Shown here piece by piece: positions 46,505 through 56,619 of a DNA stretch of 64,000 nucleotides. Location of the stretch: the NCBI RefSeq assembly GCF_024700885.2, contig NZ_CP117016.1. One strand, 5' to 3'. Source of the DNA: Escherichia coli. Lineage in GTDB: Bacteria > Pseudomonadota > Gammaproteobacteria > Enterobacterales > Enterobacteriaceae. The notes beneath the pieces are model-generated. The model ran no database searches, was not told where the DNA came from, and saw only the letters and a list, made by a program, of their open reading frames with translations. How positions within the stretch are numbered: position 1 is the first letter of the stretch; every line of letters begins with the position of its first letter. The translations under genes and the position numbers were made by a program.

Positions 46505-47044
46505 TTACCCTCTGAATCCTGGTGGAATTTGGCTGTCAGGTTCACTGACCGTATTCACATCTCGTTTCGGCAGTCCGCCGTTGCTGGCACGACCGATTTG
46601 CAGGCTGCGCGCCAGTTTTTGTTGCCACTGCACATGGTGAAAGACTTTACCTTCCGCCTGCCAGTAGGCAATGAATGAGGCCAGTTCTTCGGTGGTCACC
46701 GGCTCTCTTAGCGCCACGCCCCATAGCGCCGCCAGGCGGATAAAGTCGGCATCGGGTTGCCAGTCCGGATACATGGCGAATTTCCCCATGGGTACAGCTA
46801 CGGGAGCAGCTTGCGGTTCCTGATAGAGTTGATCGTCCAGAGCGACATCGCTTCCCGGACGCGCCAGCTTTTCTTCCAGCGCCAGCAGTTCAGCCAGGCG
46901 TGCAGGCGTGACGGCATAAAACGCCGGGGCATTGTTAGCAAATACGGCAACCACACCGCCTTCAGCTTTTGCCAGAACGGTTTGGTGATCGTGTACCAGG
47001 GCGTCAATACCAACGACGTCCGGGGTCAAAACTCTGGAAGACAT
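46505..47044 (-). CDS. dnaT: Primosomal protein DnaT
   Basis: Immediately upstream of dnaC; start at [12 protein letters not shown] gives 179 aa. Confidence 0.85.
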
Positions 47045-47150
47045 ACTGTTTCTCAAATATGGAACGATGAACGAGAAGGGAGATAACTTTTATAGTAACA
47101 CACGGAGGAGAGGAGGCTGTCTCTCATCCGTGTGCTTAAGCGAGGCAATT

Positions 47151-47624
47151 TTATACGCGAGGGCGCTTGCGGTACAACCATAATCCAGGAATGGAAAGAC
47201 CGATGGATAACGCACCAACAATTGATGAAGCTGTAAGAAAGTTGGTTAACAGGGTAATCATCAACGGTTCGCTGTAACCTAGTTGGCTGATTTTTACCGC
47301 CGAAATCATTGCGGTATAAGCCGATATGCCAGGGAACATAGGAATAACAGCCGCCACGGTAAACACTTTCGGATGCGCCAGATACCAGCGCGACCATTGA
47401 ATACCAATGGTGCCGACCAGCATAGAAGCCATAAAAGTTGACCACTCAATATTCAGCCCGCTGGTCATTAAGATCATTCGGGAACCATGACCTATCGAGC
47501 CAAGCAGCGCACACCAGCGTAACGCCCGCACGGGAACGTTGAACACCATCGCAAAGCCGACCGCAGGAATGGCGGCGAGGATCATATCCTGCGCCAACGC
47601 TAACAGAAATTCGATCACACCCAT
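47151..47624 (-). CDS. yjjB: Inner-membrane protein YjjB (ThrE-family partner)
   Basis: Hydrophobic protein of about 157 aa; synteny. Confidence 0.75.
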
Positions 47625-48385
47625 CCGCGTAGCCCCCAAATCGTCAGTGCCATCACTACGCCGACGCAGGTAGCCAGTGTCAGCAGACTGGCGATCGCCC
47701 AGCGTGCCAGTCCGGTATTGATGTGGCCTTTAAACATATCGGCGACGGCATTAATCAACGGAAAACCCGGCACCAGCAGCAGAACGCTGGCGGCCATCGC
47801 GATAGTGGGTGTATTGCTGAAAGTGGGAAGTTGCAAAAGCAAACCGGAAATGGTGGTGGCGGCGAAAGCGGTGAGGCAAAAGTTGATCTGTGGATGAAGA
47901 TGACGTTGTGCCAGCAGCTGGCGGATATACATCGCGACCGTACTGGCAAAGAAGGTGATGACGGCACCATCCCAGCCACCTTTATTGAGTTTACAGAAAC
48001 AGGCGCAAGAAAGGCCGACCATTAAGGCTACCAGCCATCTCGGGTAACGTAATGGCTGAATTTGGCTAAATCGTTTCTCTACACCTTTGTAATCCAGCAG
48101 ATGATGCTCCGCCAGAATCACAATGTGCTGGACTTCAGTCACCACATGCATATTAATGCCGCGATCGTGATTTTTTCGTGTCGATGTCAGGCATTGCCCA
48201 TCTTTAATGGTTGTCAGCACTATGGCGTTCGAAGAGATAGAACTTTCGACGCTGTCCATTCCCAGCGCCCGACCCAGTCGTGAGGAAAGCTCATCAACCA
48301 ACGCGCTTTCCGCACCATGTTGCAAAAGAAATAATCCACACTGGATACAAAGCCGTGTTACGGCTCGCTGTTGCTCAGTTTGCAT
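47615..48385 (-). CDS. yjjP: Inner-membrane protein YjjP (ThrE family)
   Basis: ORF to 48448; start at [12 protein letters not shown] gives 256 aa; synteny. Confidence 0.75.
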
Positions 48386-48448
48386 AACTCGCCCTTTGTC
48401 ATAGACGTGATGCGTATTGTTCAGATAATGAGAATCCATTTGTATCAT

Positions 48449-49003
48449 GAAGCACGGTTGTTTTGCGGTAGGTTAAGATCAAAATTGCGCTGATTAATCT
48501 TGGTTATCAGGAGAAGCTCGGTGATAAAAAGCGAATTATCTCTCGTCGCAAACAAATTATCACATGAATATTATCACTATAATGAATTTATTGTTTAGCC
48601 TTTACGAATCAGGATAAAAGATAACTGGGCGCGTTTTTTAATTTTTACAAGTTAAAACTATCAGATTTTATTGAATAAATATTGATTGTGTGATCCCGCA
48701 TTCTGCGGGAAGGGATATCAGTTAATTATAAATTAAATGAATGAGAATTCTGTTTTTCATTAAGTATTTCTAACAACTTAATGTAGATATTTTAAATGTC
48801 TCCAGGCTATTTCACCAGGTTATCATTTGATGCTAACCTTCTGACACATGCAGTGGAGTTGTTGTGCAGCAGGAGTATGCTGATATGAAAGTGAATGCTA
48901 AGGATAATTTATTCGCTTAATCTATTAATTTGCTGGAAACATTTAAGGAATGAATATCCTGAATAAACCATCATGATTTATAGACAGTGGATGTGGAGGA
49001 AAT
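48449..49003. promoter_or_regulatory. AT-rich divergent yjjP / yjjQ-bglJ control region (H-NS-silenced, LeuO-activated in K-12)
   Basis: Roughly 550 bp of very AT-rich non-coding DNA; regulatory role from established K-12 knowledge. Confidence 0.5.
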
Positions 49004-49729
49004 ATGTTGCCAGGATGCTGCAAAAATGGAATTGTTATCAGTAAAATACCTGTTATGCAAGCAGGGTTAAAAGAGGTCATGAGGACTCACTTCCCTGAAT
49101 ATGAAATAATATCCAGCGCCTCTGCGGAGGACCTTACCTTATTACAATTACGTCGTTCCGGATTAGTCATTGCTGATTTAGCCGGTGAAAGTGAAGATCC
49201 ACGTTCTGTTTGTGAACATTATTATTCTTTAATCTCACAATATCGGGAAATTCACTGGGTTTTCATGGTGTCACGTTCCTGGTATTCCCAGGCAGTAGAA
49301 TTGCTCATGTGCCCTACGGCGACGTTATTGTCTGATGTTGAACCCATTGAGAATCTGGTCAAGACCGTTCGTTCCGGCAATACGCACGCAGAGCGTATCA
49401 GCGCCATGCTGACCTCTCCGGCAATGACTGAAACTCATGATTTTAGCTATCGCTCCGTCATTCTCACTCTTTCAGAGCGTAAAGTGCTGCGGCTATTAGG
49501 TAAAGGATGGGGCATCAACCAGATAGCTTCATTGCTTAAGAAAAGTAATAAAACTATCAGCGCCCAAAAAAACAGTGCGATGCGTCGACTGGCAATTCAC
49601 AGCAACGCTGAAATGTATGCATGGATAAATAGCGCGCAGGGTGCAAGAGAACTTAACTTGCCTTCTGTTTATGGAGATGCCGCAGAATGGAACACAGCCG
49701 AATTAAGAAGAGAAATGTCGCACTCATAG
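49004..49729 (+). CDS. yjjQ: LuxR/FixJ-type transcriptional regulator YjjQ
   Basis: C-terminal LuxR-type HTH; 241 aa. Confidence 0.85.
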
Positions 49730-50364
49730 AAAAATGCGTCATGAGTAGTATCGGTATTGAGAGTTTATTCAGAAAGTTTGCGGGTAACCCTTATAAGCTC
49801 CATACCTATACCAGTCAGGAGTCATTTCAGGATGCCATGTCGCGGATCTCGTTTGCGGCGGTCATTTTTTCTTTTTCTGCCATGAGAAGTGAGCGCAGAG
49901 AGGGATTATCATGCCTGACTGAACTGGCGATTAAGTTCCCGCGTACCCGGCGTTTAGTTATTGCGGATGATGATATTGAAGCTCGGCTGATTGGTTCATT
50001 GTCGCCATCACCGCTGGACGGTGTATTAAGTAAAGCGTCAACGCTGGAGATTTTTCATCAGGAACTCTTTTTGTCATTAAATGGTGTACGTCAGGCGACC
50101 GACCGACTGAACAATCAGTGGTACATTAATCAAAGCCGAACGCTAAGCCCGACGGAGAGAGAAATATTGCGCTTTATGTCGCGTGGCTACTCAATGACAC
50201 AAATTGCCGAGCAGCTTAAACGCAATATCAAAACGATCCGTGCACATAAATTTAATGTGATGTCGAAACTGGGCGTCAGTTCTGATGCAGGGTTGTTGGA
50301 GGCCGCAGATATTCTGTTATGTATGCGGCATTGCGAAGCAAGTAATGTGTTGCATCCCTATTAA
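49687..50364 (+). CDS. bglJ: LuxR/FixJ-type regulator BglJ
   Basis: 225 aa, C-terminal LuxR HTH; overlaps the yjjQ 3' end. Confidence 0.85.
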
Positions 50365-50401
50365 TCCGCATGATGCCGGGTTTACTTCCCCGGCAGTGCT
50401 T

Positions 50402-51190
50402 TCATTTCAGCGTACAATCGCCACATTGCTGCACATCCGGTAACCGATAACGCTGGCAGCAAGTGCGGCGCACCAGCAGGCCGTCGCGCAGTACCACGGT
50501 ACGCCAGAGTGGATTATCTTCACCGTTCGTGAGCATTTTCTCAAAAAAGAGGGCATGGCGCAGCGATTCAACCGTCGCCTCGCCAAGCAGCTGCTTCATC
50601 TCAGTGAGATACCAGTTGATCAAATAACCGGTATTACTCCAGATAAGTTTGCCGTTGATCTCTCCCGTCGCTTCTAATGCCTGCACAACCGGAACCAGCG
50701 CCTGGCTGATTAACGTTTCCATTCGCTGCTGCGGCGAATGTAGTGTTGCGTTTTTATCTTCACACACATCGACCCAGAAACAGGCGGCGCGTCCGGTTTC
50801 GTGAAACTCAACGTGGAAATGTTCCGGCGACACATCTAATGCTTTTTCCTGCGTCAGCAGCGCCAACATTAATGGTTGCACCATCAGGCCGATATACCAT
50901 TGCGCCCATAGTGAGATCAGCGGTTTGTTCTCGCGGATCATCGTTGGTTGGTTGCGATAGATATGATCGGAATAGACCGCCAGTAGAGAACTTAGCGCAT
51001 TCGTTGATGACCATTGCGCCAGCGTCATGGCGTTAAGCGGAGCGGGTTCATCCAGGCGGATAAACTCGAGCAAATGTTCACGATGTTCGGCGATCGTCGT
51101 CCGTATGGCTTGTGCAAGCCCAGCATCCTGCGGCTGGAGATGCGTTCGCCAGATAACATCTTCATAGAGCGGTGCGGAACGATAGGCCAT
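50402..51190 (-). CDS. fhuF: Ferric-siderophore reductase FhuF
   Basis: 262 aa with C-terminal Cys cluster (C-C-x10-C-x2-C); synteny. Confidence 0.85.
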   Translation of the reverse strand: MAYRSAPLYEDVIWRTHLQPQDAGLAQAIRTTIAEHREHLLEFIRLDEPAPLNAMTLAQWSSTNALSSLLAVYSDHIYRNQPTMIRENKPLISLWAQWYIGLMVQPLMLALLTQEKALDVSPEHFHVEFHETGRAACFWVDVCEDKNATLHSPQQRMETLISQALVPVVQALEATGEINGKLIWSNTGYLINWYLTEMKQLLGEATVESLRHALFFEKMLTNGEDNPLWRTVVLRDGLLVRRTCCQRYRLPDVQQCGDCTLK

Positions 51191-51204
51191 AATCGGGATA
51201 GTAA

Positions 51205-51228
51205 TCTAAATGATAATGATTGCTAATC
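51205..51228. promoter_or_regulatory. Fur box upstream of fhuF
   Basis: aaatgataatgattgctaatc resembles the GATAATGATAATCATTATC consensus. Confidence 0.55.
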
Positions 51229-51274
51229 CTAGCGATAGGTTTACCCGATAGCAAGGGATTTCTCTGGCTTGCAA

Positions 51275-51312
51275 ATGATAAAAATTATCATATGATATTA
51301 GTTATCATTATC
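51275..51312. promoter_or_regulatory. Fur box(es) upstream of yjjZ
   Basis: atgataaaaattatcatatgatattagttatcattatc contains overlapping Fur-like hexamer repeats. Confidence 0.55.
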
Positions 51313-51330
51313 AATGAAAGAGATGAAACC

Positions 51331-51567
51331 ATGTTGCAACGTACGCTGGGCAGTGGCTGGGGAGTGTTGCTGCCGGGATTGCTGATTGCAGGGCTGATGT
51401 ATGCGGATTTATCGCCGGATCAGTGGCGGATTGTCATTCTGATGGGATTAATATTGACGCCGGTGATGCTGTATCACAAACAGTTGCGGCATTACGTTTT
51501 GCTGCCATCGTGCCTGGCGCTTATTGCTGGCATCATGCTGATGATAATGAATTTGAATCAGGGATGA
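51331..51567 (+). CDS. yjjZ: Small membrane protein YjjZ (78 aa)
   Basis: Start at MLQRTLGSGW inside the longer annotated ORF; hydrophobic; synteny. Confidence 0.7.
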   Translation: MLQRTLGSGWGVLLPGLLIAGLMYADLSPDQWRIVILMGLILTPVMLYHKQLRHYVLLPSCLALIAGIMLMIMNLNQG

Positions 51568-51605
51568 AAAATCAGGGAAGAAACAAGAAAGGAAGTAAAG
51601 ATAAT

Positions 51606-51692
51606 TGGTGCGAGGGGGGGGACTTGAACCCCCACGTCCGTAAGGACACTAACACCTGAAGCTAGCGCGTCTACCAATTCCGCCACCTTCGC
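51606..51692 (-). tRNA. leuV: tRNA-Leu (CAG)
   Basis: 87-nt reverse complement of the tRNA-Leu(CAG) sequence as I recall it; copy-to-name assignment tentative. Confidence 0.85.
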
Positions 51693-51726
51693 ACAGTCAT
51701 CTTACTTTTTTTGATATCGCCTCGTT

Positions 51727-51813
51727 TGGTGCGAGGGGGGGGACTTGAACCCCCACGTCCGTAAGAACACTAACACCTGAAGCTAGCGCGTCTACCAATT
51801 CCGCCACCTTCGC
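51727..51813 (-). tRNA. leuP: tRNA-Leu (CAG), variant copy
   Basis: Differs from the flanking copies by one base (gtaagaacac vs gtaaggacac). Confidence 0.85.
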
Positions 51814-51841
51814 CCAGTGCGAGCAATATCAACGTGGTTTT

Positions 51842-51928
51842 TGGTGCGAGGGGGGGGACTTGAACCCCCACGTCCGTAAGGACACTAACACCTGAAGCTA
51901 GCGCGTCTACCAATTCCGCCACCTTCGC
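51842..51928 (-). tRNA. leuQ: tRNA-Leu (CAG)
   Basis: Identical to the first copy; copy-to-name assignment tentative. Confidence 0.85.
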
Positions 51929-52033
51929 ATACCATCAATTCTTAAAAAGAATTGCTACCACGGAGGCGCATTCTAGTGGTTTTCAGCTTTTCGTCAATAG
52001 TTAATTATCGCCGGAGGTGTAATTGCTGGAAAA

Positions 52034-52210
<177 letters not shown>

Positions 52211-52228
52211 AGGCTTGCGGCGGGATAC

Positions 52229-53260
52229 TTAACCTTTCTTCGCCTGGCGGGTCATAATGGCGCGATACACCTTGAAGCGCCCGGTTTGCGCGATCACTTC
52301 ATGGAAGCCAAATGTCTCATCCAGCACGTCCGGATAAGGCAGGAAGGCGTTCGCTACAATTCGCAGCTCGCCGCCGCTATTAAGATGACGCACCGCGCCG
52401 CGAATCAGCGTTTGCGCCGCATCGAGGCTGGTTTGCATCCCATCGTGGAACGGCGGGTTGGAGATGATCATATCAAAACGACCTTTCACCTCGGAAAAGA
52501 CGTTACTGGCAAAGACTTCACCTTCAACACCGTTGGCCGCAAGTGTTGCGCGGCTGGCTTCTACCGCTGGCGCAGAGACATCGCACAGAGTGAGACGAAT
52601 TTTCGGCGAATGGCGCGCAAAGGCAACAGAAAGCACGCCCGCGCCACAGCCGACATCCAGCACTTTACCTTTCGTGTGCGGAGTTAACGTCGAGAGCAGT
52701 AACTGGCTACCGACATCCAGACCGTCGCGGCTAAACACGCCCGGCAGCGTTTTGACCGTCAGGCCATCCACGTTATATTCGCCCCAGAATTTATCCGCAT
52801 CAAATTCCGGCTGTTTTTCCAGACGACCAAAATAGAGGCCGCAGCGACGGGCGCTGTCGACTTTATTCAACGGCGCATAATCTGCCAGCATCTGTTCGGC
52901 GCTGCGCACGCCGCTGCGGTTCTCGCCAACGACAAAAATATCCGTGCCCACCGGCAGCAGAGAAAGTAAATTCATCAACTGGAACTGGGCTTCCGGTTTA
53001 TTCTTCGGCCAGTAGTAGATCAGCGTATCGCAATCTGCGACGTCATCTGCCGTTGCGACCAGACTAAAACGGGCGTTATCCCCCATCTGGCGGCTTAACA
53101 CCTGCCAATGGTGGAATTGCTGGGTATGAGCACGGCTGGCCGCGGTATCTAAACGCGCGGGCAGGTCATCCTGTAAGTCTCCGGCAAACAGAATACGGCT
53201 TTGTTCGAAATCATCACTGTGACGCAGCAAGACTTCACTTGCCGGGGTAAATGCAGACAT
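52229..53260 (-). CDS. rsmC: 16S rRNA (guanine1207-N2)-methyltransferase
   Basis: 343 aa with SAM-binding [11 protein letters not shown] motif; synteny. Confidence 0.85.
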   Translation of the reverse strand: MSAFTPASEVLLRHSDDFEQSRILFAGDLQDDLPARLDTAASRAHTQQFHHWQVLSRQMGDNARFSLVATADDVADCDTLIYYWPKNKPEAQFQLMNLLSLLPVGTDIFVVGENRSGVRSAEQMLADYAPLNKVDSARRCGLYFGRLEKQPEFDADKFWGEYNVDGLTVKTLPGVFSRDGLDVGSQLLLSTLTPHTKGKVLDVGCGAGVLSVAFARHSPKIRLTLCDVSAPAVEASRATLAANGVEGEVFASNVFSEVKGRFDMIISNPPFHDGMQTSLDAAQTLIRGAVRHLNSGGELRIVANAFLPYPDVLDETFGFHEVIAQTGRFKVYRAIMTRQAKKG

Positions 53261-53362
53261 GGAATGCTCCTCAATTGATACTGGCGGCGATTATAGCCAT
53301 ATGTTGGCGCGGTATCGACGAATTTGCTATATTTGCGCCCCTGACAACAGGAGCGATTCGCT

Positions 53363-53776
53363 ATGACATCCCGACGAGACTGGCAGTTACAGCAACTGGG
53401 CATTACCCAGTGGTCGCTGCGTCGCCCTGGCGCGTTGCAGGGGGAGATTGCCATTGCGATCCCGGCACACGTCCGTCTGGTGATGGTGGCAAACGATCTT
53501 CCCGCCCTGACTGATCCTCTGGTGAGCGATGTTCTGCGCGCATTAACCGTCAGCCCCGATCAAGTGCTGCAACTGACGCCAGAAAAAATCTCGATGCTGC
53601 CACAAGGCAGTCGCTGCAACAGCTGGCGGTTGGGTACTGACGAACCGCTATCACTGGAAGGCGCTCAGGTGGCATCACCGGCGCTCACCGAATTACGGGC
53701 AAACCCAACGGCACGCGCCGCGTTATGGCAACAAATTTGCACATATGAACACGATTTCTTCCCTCGAAACGACTGA
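53363..53776 (+). CDS. holD: DNA polymerase III psi subunit
   Basis: 137 aa; overlaps the rimI start; synteny. Confidence 0.85.
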   Translation: MTSRRDWQLQQLGITQWSLRRPGALQGEIAIAIPAHVRLVMVANDLPALTDPLVSDVLRALTVSPDQVLQLTPEKISMLPQGSRCNSWRLGTDEPLSLEGAQVASPALTELRANPTARAALWQQICTYEHDFFPRND

Positions 53777-54191
53777 TTTACCAGCGGCTTACCACATTGA
53801 ACAACGCGCCCACGCCTTTCCGTGGAGTGAGAAAACCTTTGCCAGCAACCAGGGCGAGCGTTATCTCAACTTTCAGTTAACGCAAAACGGCAAAATGGCG
53901 GCGTTTGCGATTACGCAAGTGGTGCTGGATGAAGCTACATTGTTCAATATTGCGGTCGATCCTGACTATCAGCGTCAGGGATTGGGAAGGGCGCTGCTGG
54001 AACATCTGATCGACGAACTGGAAAAACGCGGCGTGGCGACGCTATGGCTGGAAGTCCGTGCCTCAAACGCTGCCGCCATTGCACTGTACGAAAGTTTAGG
54101 CTTTAACGAGGCGACGATTCGCCGCAATTACTACCCCACCACGGACGGTCGCGAAGACGCCATCATCATGGCGTTGCCAATCAGTATGTAA
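53745..54191 (+). CDS. rimI: Ribosomal-protein-S18 alanine N-acetyltransferase (GNAT)
   Basis: 148-aa GNAT fold ([10 protein letters not shown] motif); synteny. Confidence 0.85.
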   Translation: MNTISSLETTDLPAAYHIEQRAHAFPWSEKTFASNQGERYLNFQLTQNGKMAAFAITQVVLDEATLFNIAVDPDYQRQGLGRALLEHLIDELEKRGVATLWLEVRASNAAAIALYESLGFNEATIRRNYYPTTDGREDAIIMALPISM

Positions 54192-54205
54192 GACAAGGTG
54201 GAATA

Positions 54206-54883
54206 ATGAAGTGGGACTGGATTTTCTTTGATGCCGATGAAACGCTGTTTACCTTTGACTCATTCACCGGCCTGCAGCGGATGTTTCTTGATTACAGCGT
54301 CACCTTTACCGCTGAAGATTTTCAGGACTATCAGGCCGTTAACAAGCCACTGTGGGTGGATTATCAAAACGGCGCGATCACTTCATTACAGCTTCAGCAC
54401 GGGCGGTTTGAGAGCTGGGCCGAACGGCTGAACGTCGAGCCGGGTAAACTCAACGAAGCCTTTATTAATGCGATGGCGGAAATCTGTACGCCGCTGCCGG
54501 GCGCGGTTTCTCTGCTTAACGCCATTCGTGGCAACGCTAAAATTGGCATCATCACCAACGGCTTTAGCGCCTTGCAGCAAGTGCGTCTGGAACGCACGGG
54601 CCTGCGTGATTATTTCGATTTGCTGGTGATTTCCGAAGAAGTTGGCGTTGCCAAACCGAATAAGAAAATTTTCGATTATGCGCTGGAACAGGCGGGCAAT
54701 CCTGACCGTTCACGCGTGCTGATGGTTGGCGACACTGCCGAGTCCGATATTCTCGGTGGCATCAACGCCGGGCTTGCGACCTGCTGGCTGAATGCGCACA
54801 ATCGCGAGCAACCAGAAGGCATCGCGCCTACCTGGACCGTTTCTTCGTTGCACGAACTGGAGCAGCTCCTGTGTAAACACTGA
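54206..54883 (+). CDS. yjjG: HAD-family pyrimidine 5'-nucleotidase YjjG
   Basis: HAD motif I (FFDADETLF); 225 aa; synteny. Confidence 0.85.
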   Translation: MKWDWIFFDADETLFTFDSFTGLQRMFLDYSVTFTAEDFQDYQAVNKPLWVDYQNGAITSLQLQHGRFESWAERLNVEPGKLNEAFINAMAEICTPLPGAVSLLNAIRGNAKIGIITNGFSALQQVRLERTGLRDYFDLLVISEEVGVAKPNKKIFDYALEQAGNPDRSRVLMVGDTAESDILGGINAGLATCWLNAHNREQPEGIAPTWTVSSLHELEQLLCKH

Positions 54884-54973
54884 TTGCCTCCCCCCCGTTG
54901 ATGGGTAAAATAGCCGCAATTTTTCGTTTTCAACAAGCGCGGCGCGATGCCGCTTACTCAAGAAGAAAGAATT

Positions 54974-55048
54974 ATGACGTTGTCTCCTTATTTGCAAGAG
55001 GTGGCGAAGCGCCGCACTTTTGCCATTATTTCTCACCCCAATAATTAA
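54974..55048 (+). pseudogene. prfC: prfC 5' fragment (first 22 codons of peptide chain release factor 3, then NN-stop) at the prophage junction
   Basis: [22 protein letters not shown] matches the RF3 N-terminus as I recall it; the frame then reads AAT AAT TAA instead of continuing DAGKTT. Confidence 0.6.
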
Positions 55049-55202
55049 GCCAAAATTAAAGCTCTTTTACTCTTTCAAAATCCTTTCAGTTAATTGAGGT
55101 TGAGCCATATAACTCATTTAAATACATTTAGTTATGTGGCTTCTTTAATTGAAAATTCTTTCATGTAACTTTAAATCGATCTGCTTGCTTTCATCAAAAA
55201 TC

Positions 55203-55259
55203 TGTACATGTGCTTGTACATAATGTACAAAACAGCAGAGGTGTTTTTTTATTTGTACA
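55203..55259. promoter_or_regulatory. Four TGTACA hexamers within 57 bp immediately upstream of the integrase gene
   Basis: tgtaca at 55203, 55215, 55224 and 55254, read directly; candidate recombinase or regulator binding sites. Confidence 0.4.
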
Positions 55260-55268
55260 AGGTGAGTA

Positions 55269-56486
55269 ATGGCGCTGTCTGATGCGTGGTTGCGTTCAGT
55301 CGTTGGAAAGGAACGTGATAAGGTTTTGGTTAAATCCGATCGTGATGGTCTGTCTGTCAGAGTATCACCGAAAGGTCGCGTAGTGTTCCAATATCGTTAT
55401 CAATGGGCAGGGAAAGGTGAGCGCCTTGATATCGGAACTTACCCGGCAACTGGATTAAAAGAGGCCAGAGAAGAAGTTATCCGTCTCCGTGGTGAACTCG
55501 AGTCAAACCGCAATCCACGATTAGTCAGGCAGGCTGAAAAACGAAAAGCTACTGAAGCCATGACGGTAGAGTCTGTGATCCGTGCCTGGTATGAAGCATA
55601 TTGTGTAAAAAATAAAAAAGGTTCTGAACAGATACTCCGCTCGTTTGAGCTGCACCTGTTCTCTAAAATCGGGAATATCCCTCACGATGCAGCTACATTG
55701 CATGATTGGTTAGAAGTCCTGGAGCCTCTTAGCACTAAGACTCCAGCAATAGCAGACCGATTGCTAATTAACGCAAAGCAGGCCCATGTCTGGGCGTATA
55801 AGAGAAAGCTCATTGAAACTCGCCCACTGTCGGATATCACGGGTAAAGATATGGATATCCGTAAAGGTCAGAAGAAACGGTTTCTGACACATGATGAAAT
55901 TAAAATCCTTTATGCTGCGATCGATGGTTCTCGAATGGTTCCTAAATACCGGGCCTTCATTAAACTATTGCTGCATTTTGGCTGCCGTAGTTCAGAGCTA
56001 ATTACCGCCAGGGTGGACGATTTTGATTTCATTAATAAAGTATGGACTGTACCACCAGAACGACATAAGACTGGGGAGATAACAGGCGAACCGCTAAAGC
56101 GGCCCATTATTGAACCGGTTGAAGAGCTTATAAAGTACGCTATTTCTATGAACAATGGTTCCGATATGCTTTTTACTAAGGAAGGAAGCAGGGAACCCGT
56201 TGGTCGGACATCATTGCAGTCGCTGCCTTACAATTTAATGCAGTACGCATGGCGGCGTTTGGGGTATCAATTCCCTCATTGGTCTCTTCATGATTTGAGG
56301 CGAACAGCACGAACAAACTTTTCTGATCTTACTGCGCCTCATATTGCAGAAATAATGCTAGGTCATAAACTGCCAGGGGTATGGCAGGTTTATGACAAGA
56401 GCGATTATTTAGATGAACAGCGTAAAGCTTACCAGGCATGGTGGGAGAGAGTTGAATCGATAGTTACTTGTACTTGTTCAGACTAG
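55269..56486 (+). CDS. int: Tyrosine-type phage integrase (P4-like family)
   Basis: 405 aa; N-terminal arm-binding-like region and C-terminal catalytic motifs (..HDLRRTARTN.., ..LGHK..); sits at the junction with truncated prfC. Confidence 0.85.
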   Translation: MALSDAWLRSVVGKERDKVLVKSDRDGLSVRVSPKGRVVFQYRYQWAGKGERLDIGTYPATGLKEAREEVIRLRGELESNRNPRLVRQAEKRKATEAMTVESVIRAWYEAYCVKNKKGSEQILRSFELHLFSKIGNIPHDAATLHDWLEVLEPLSTKTPAIADRLLINAKQAHVWAYKRKLIETRPLSDITGKDMDIRKGQKKRFLTHDEIKILYAAIDGSRMVPKYRAFIKLLLHFGCRSSELITARVDDFDFINKVWTVPPERHKTGEITGEPLKRPIIEPVEELIKYAISMNNGSDMLFTKEGSREPVGRTSLQSLPYNLMQYAWRRLGYQFPHWSLHDLRRTARTNFSDLTAPHIAEIMLGHKLPGVWQVYDKSDYLDEQRKAYQAWWERVESIVTCTCSD

Positions 56487-56619
56487 AACTGACATTTTGC
56501 ATAGGCAGAACGCAATTATGCATATTGCGGTATAATCCCCTTCTTAAAACTGTAAGAACTGCTTGCTAATCCTTGCAGTTTTTGATTATAACATTTTTAT
56601 TTGTTTATTAGGATTTTTG

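Noticed and set aside
46757-47086. 109-aa plus-strand ORF
   Set aside because: Antisense overlap with dnaT; no supporting features.
51606-51928. Regularly spaced near-identical approx 87-bp repeats that could be mistaken for a CRISPR-like array
   Set aside because: They are full-length tRNA-Leu genes with unrelated intergenic spacers; no cas genes nearby.
56497-56536. Possible sigma70 promoter for the CHAT-like cargo gene (ttgcat ... tataat)
   Set aside because: A consensus tataat hexamer is present at 56531-56536, but the only ttgcat sits at a non-canonical spacing; I cannot support a promoter call from sequence alone.
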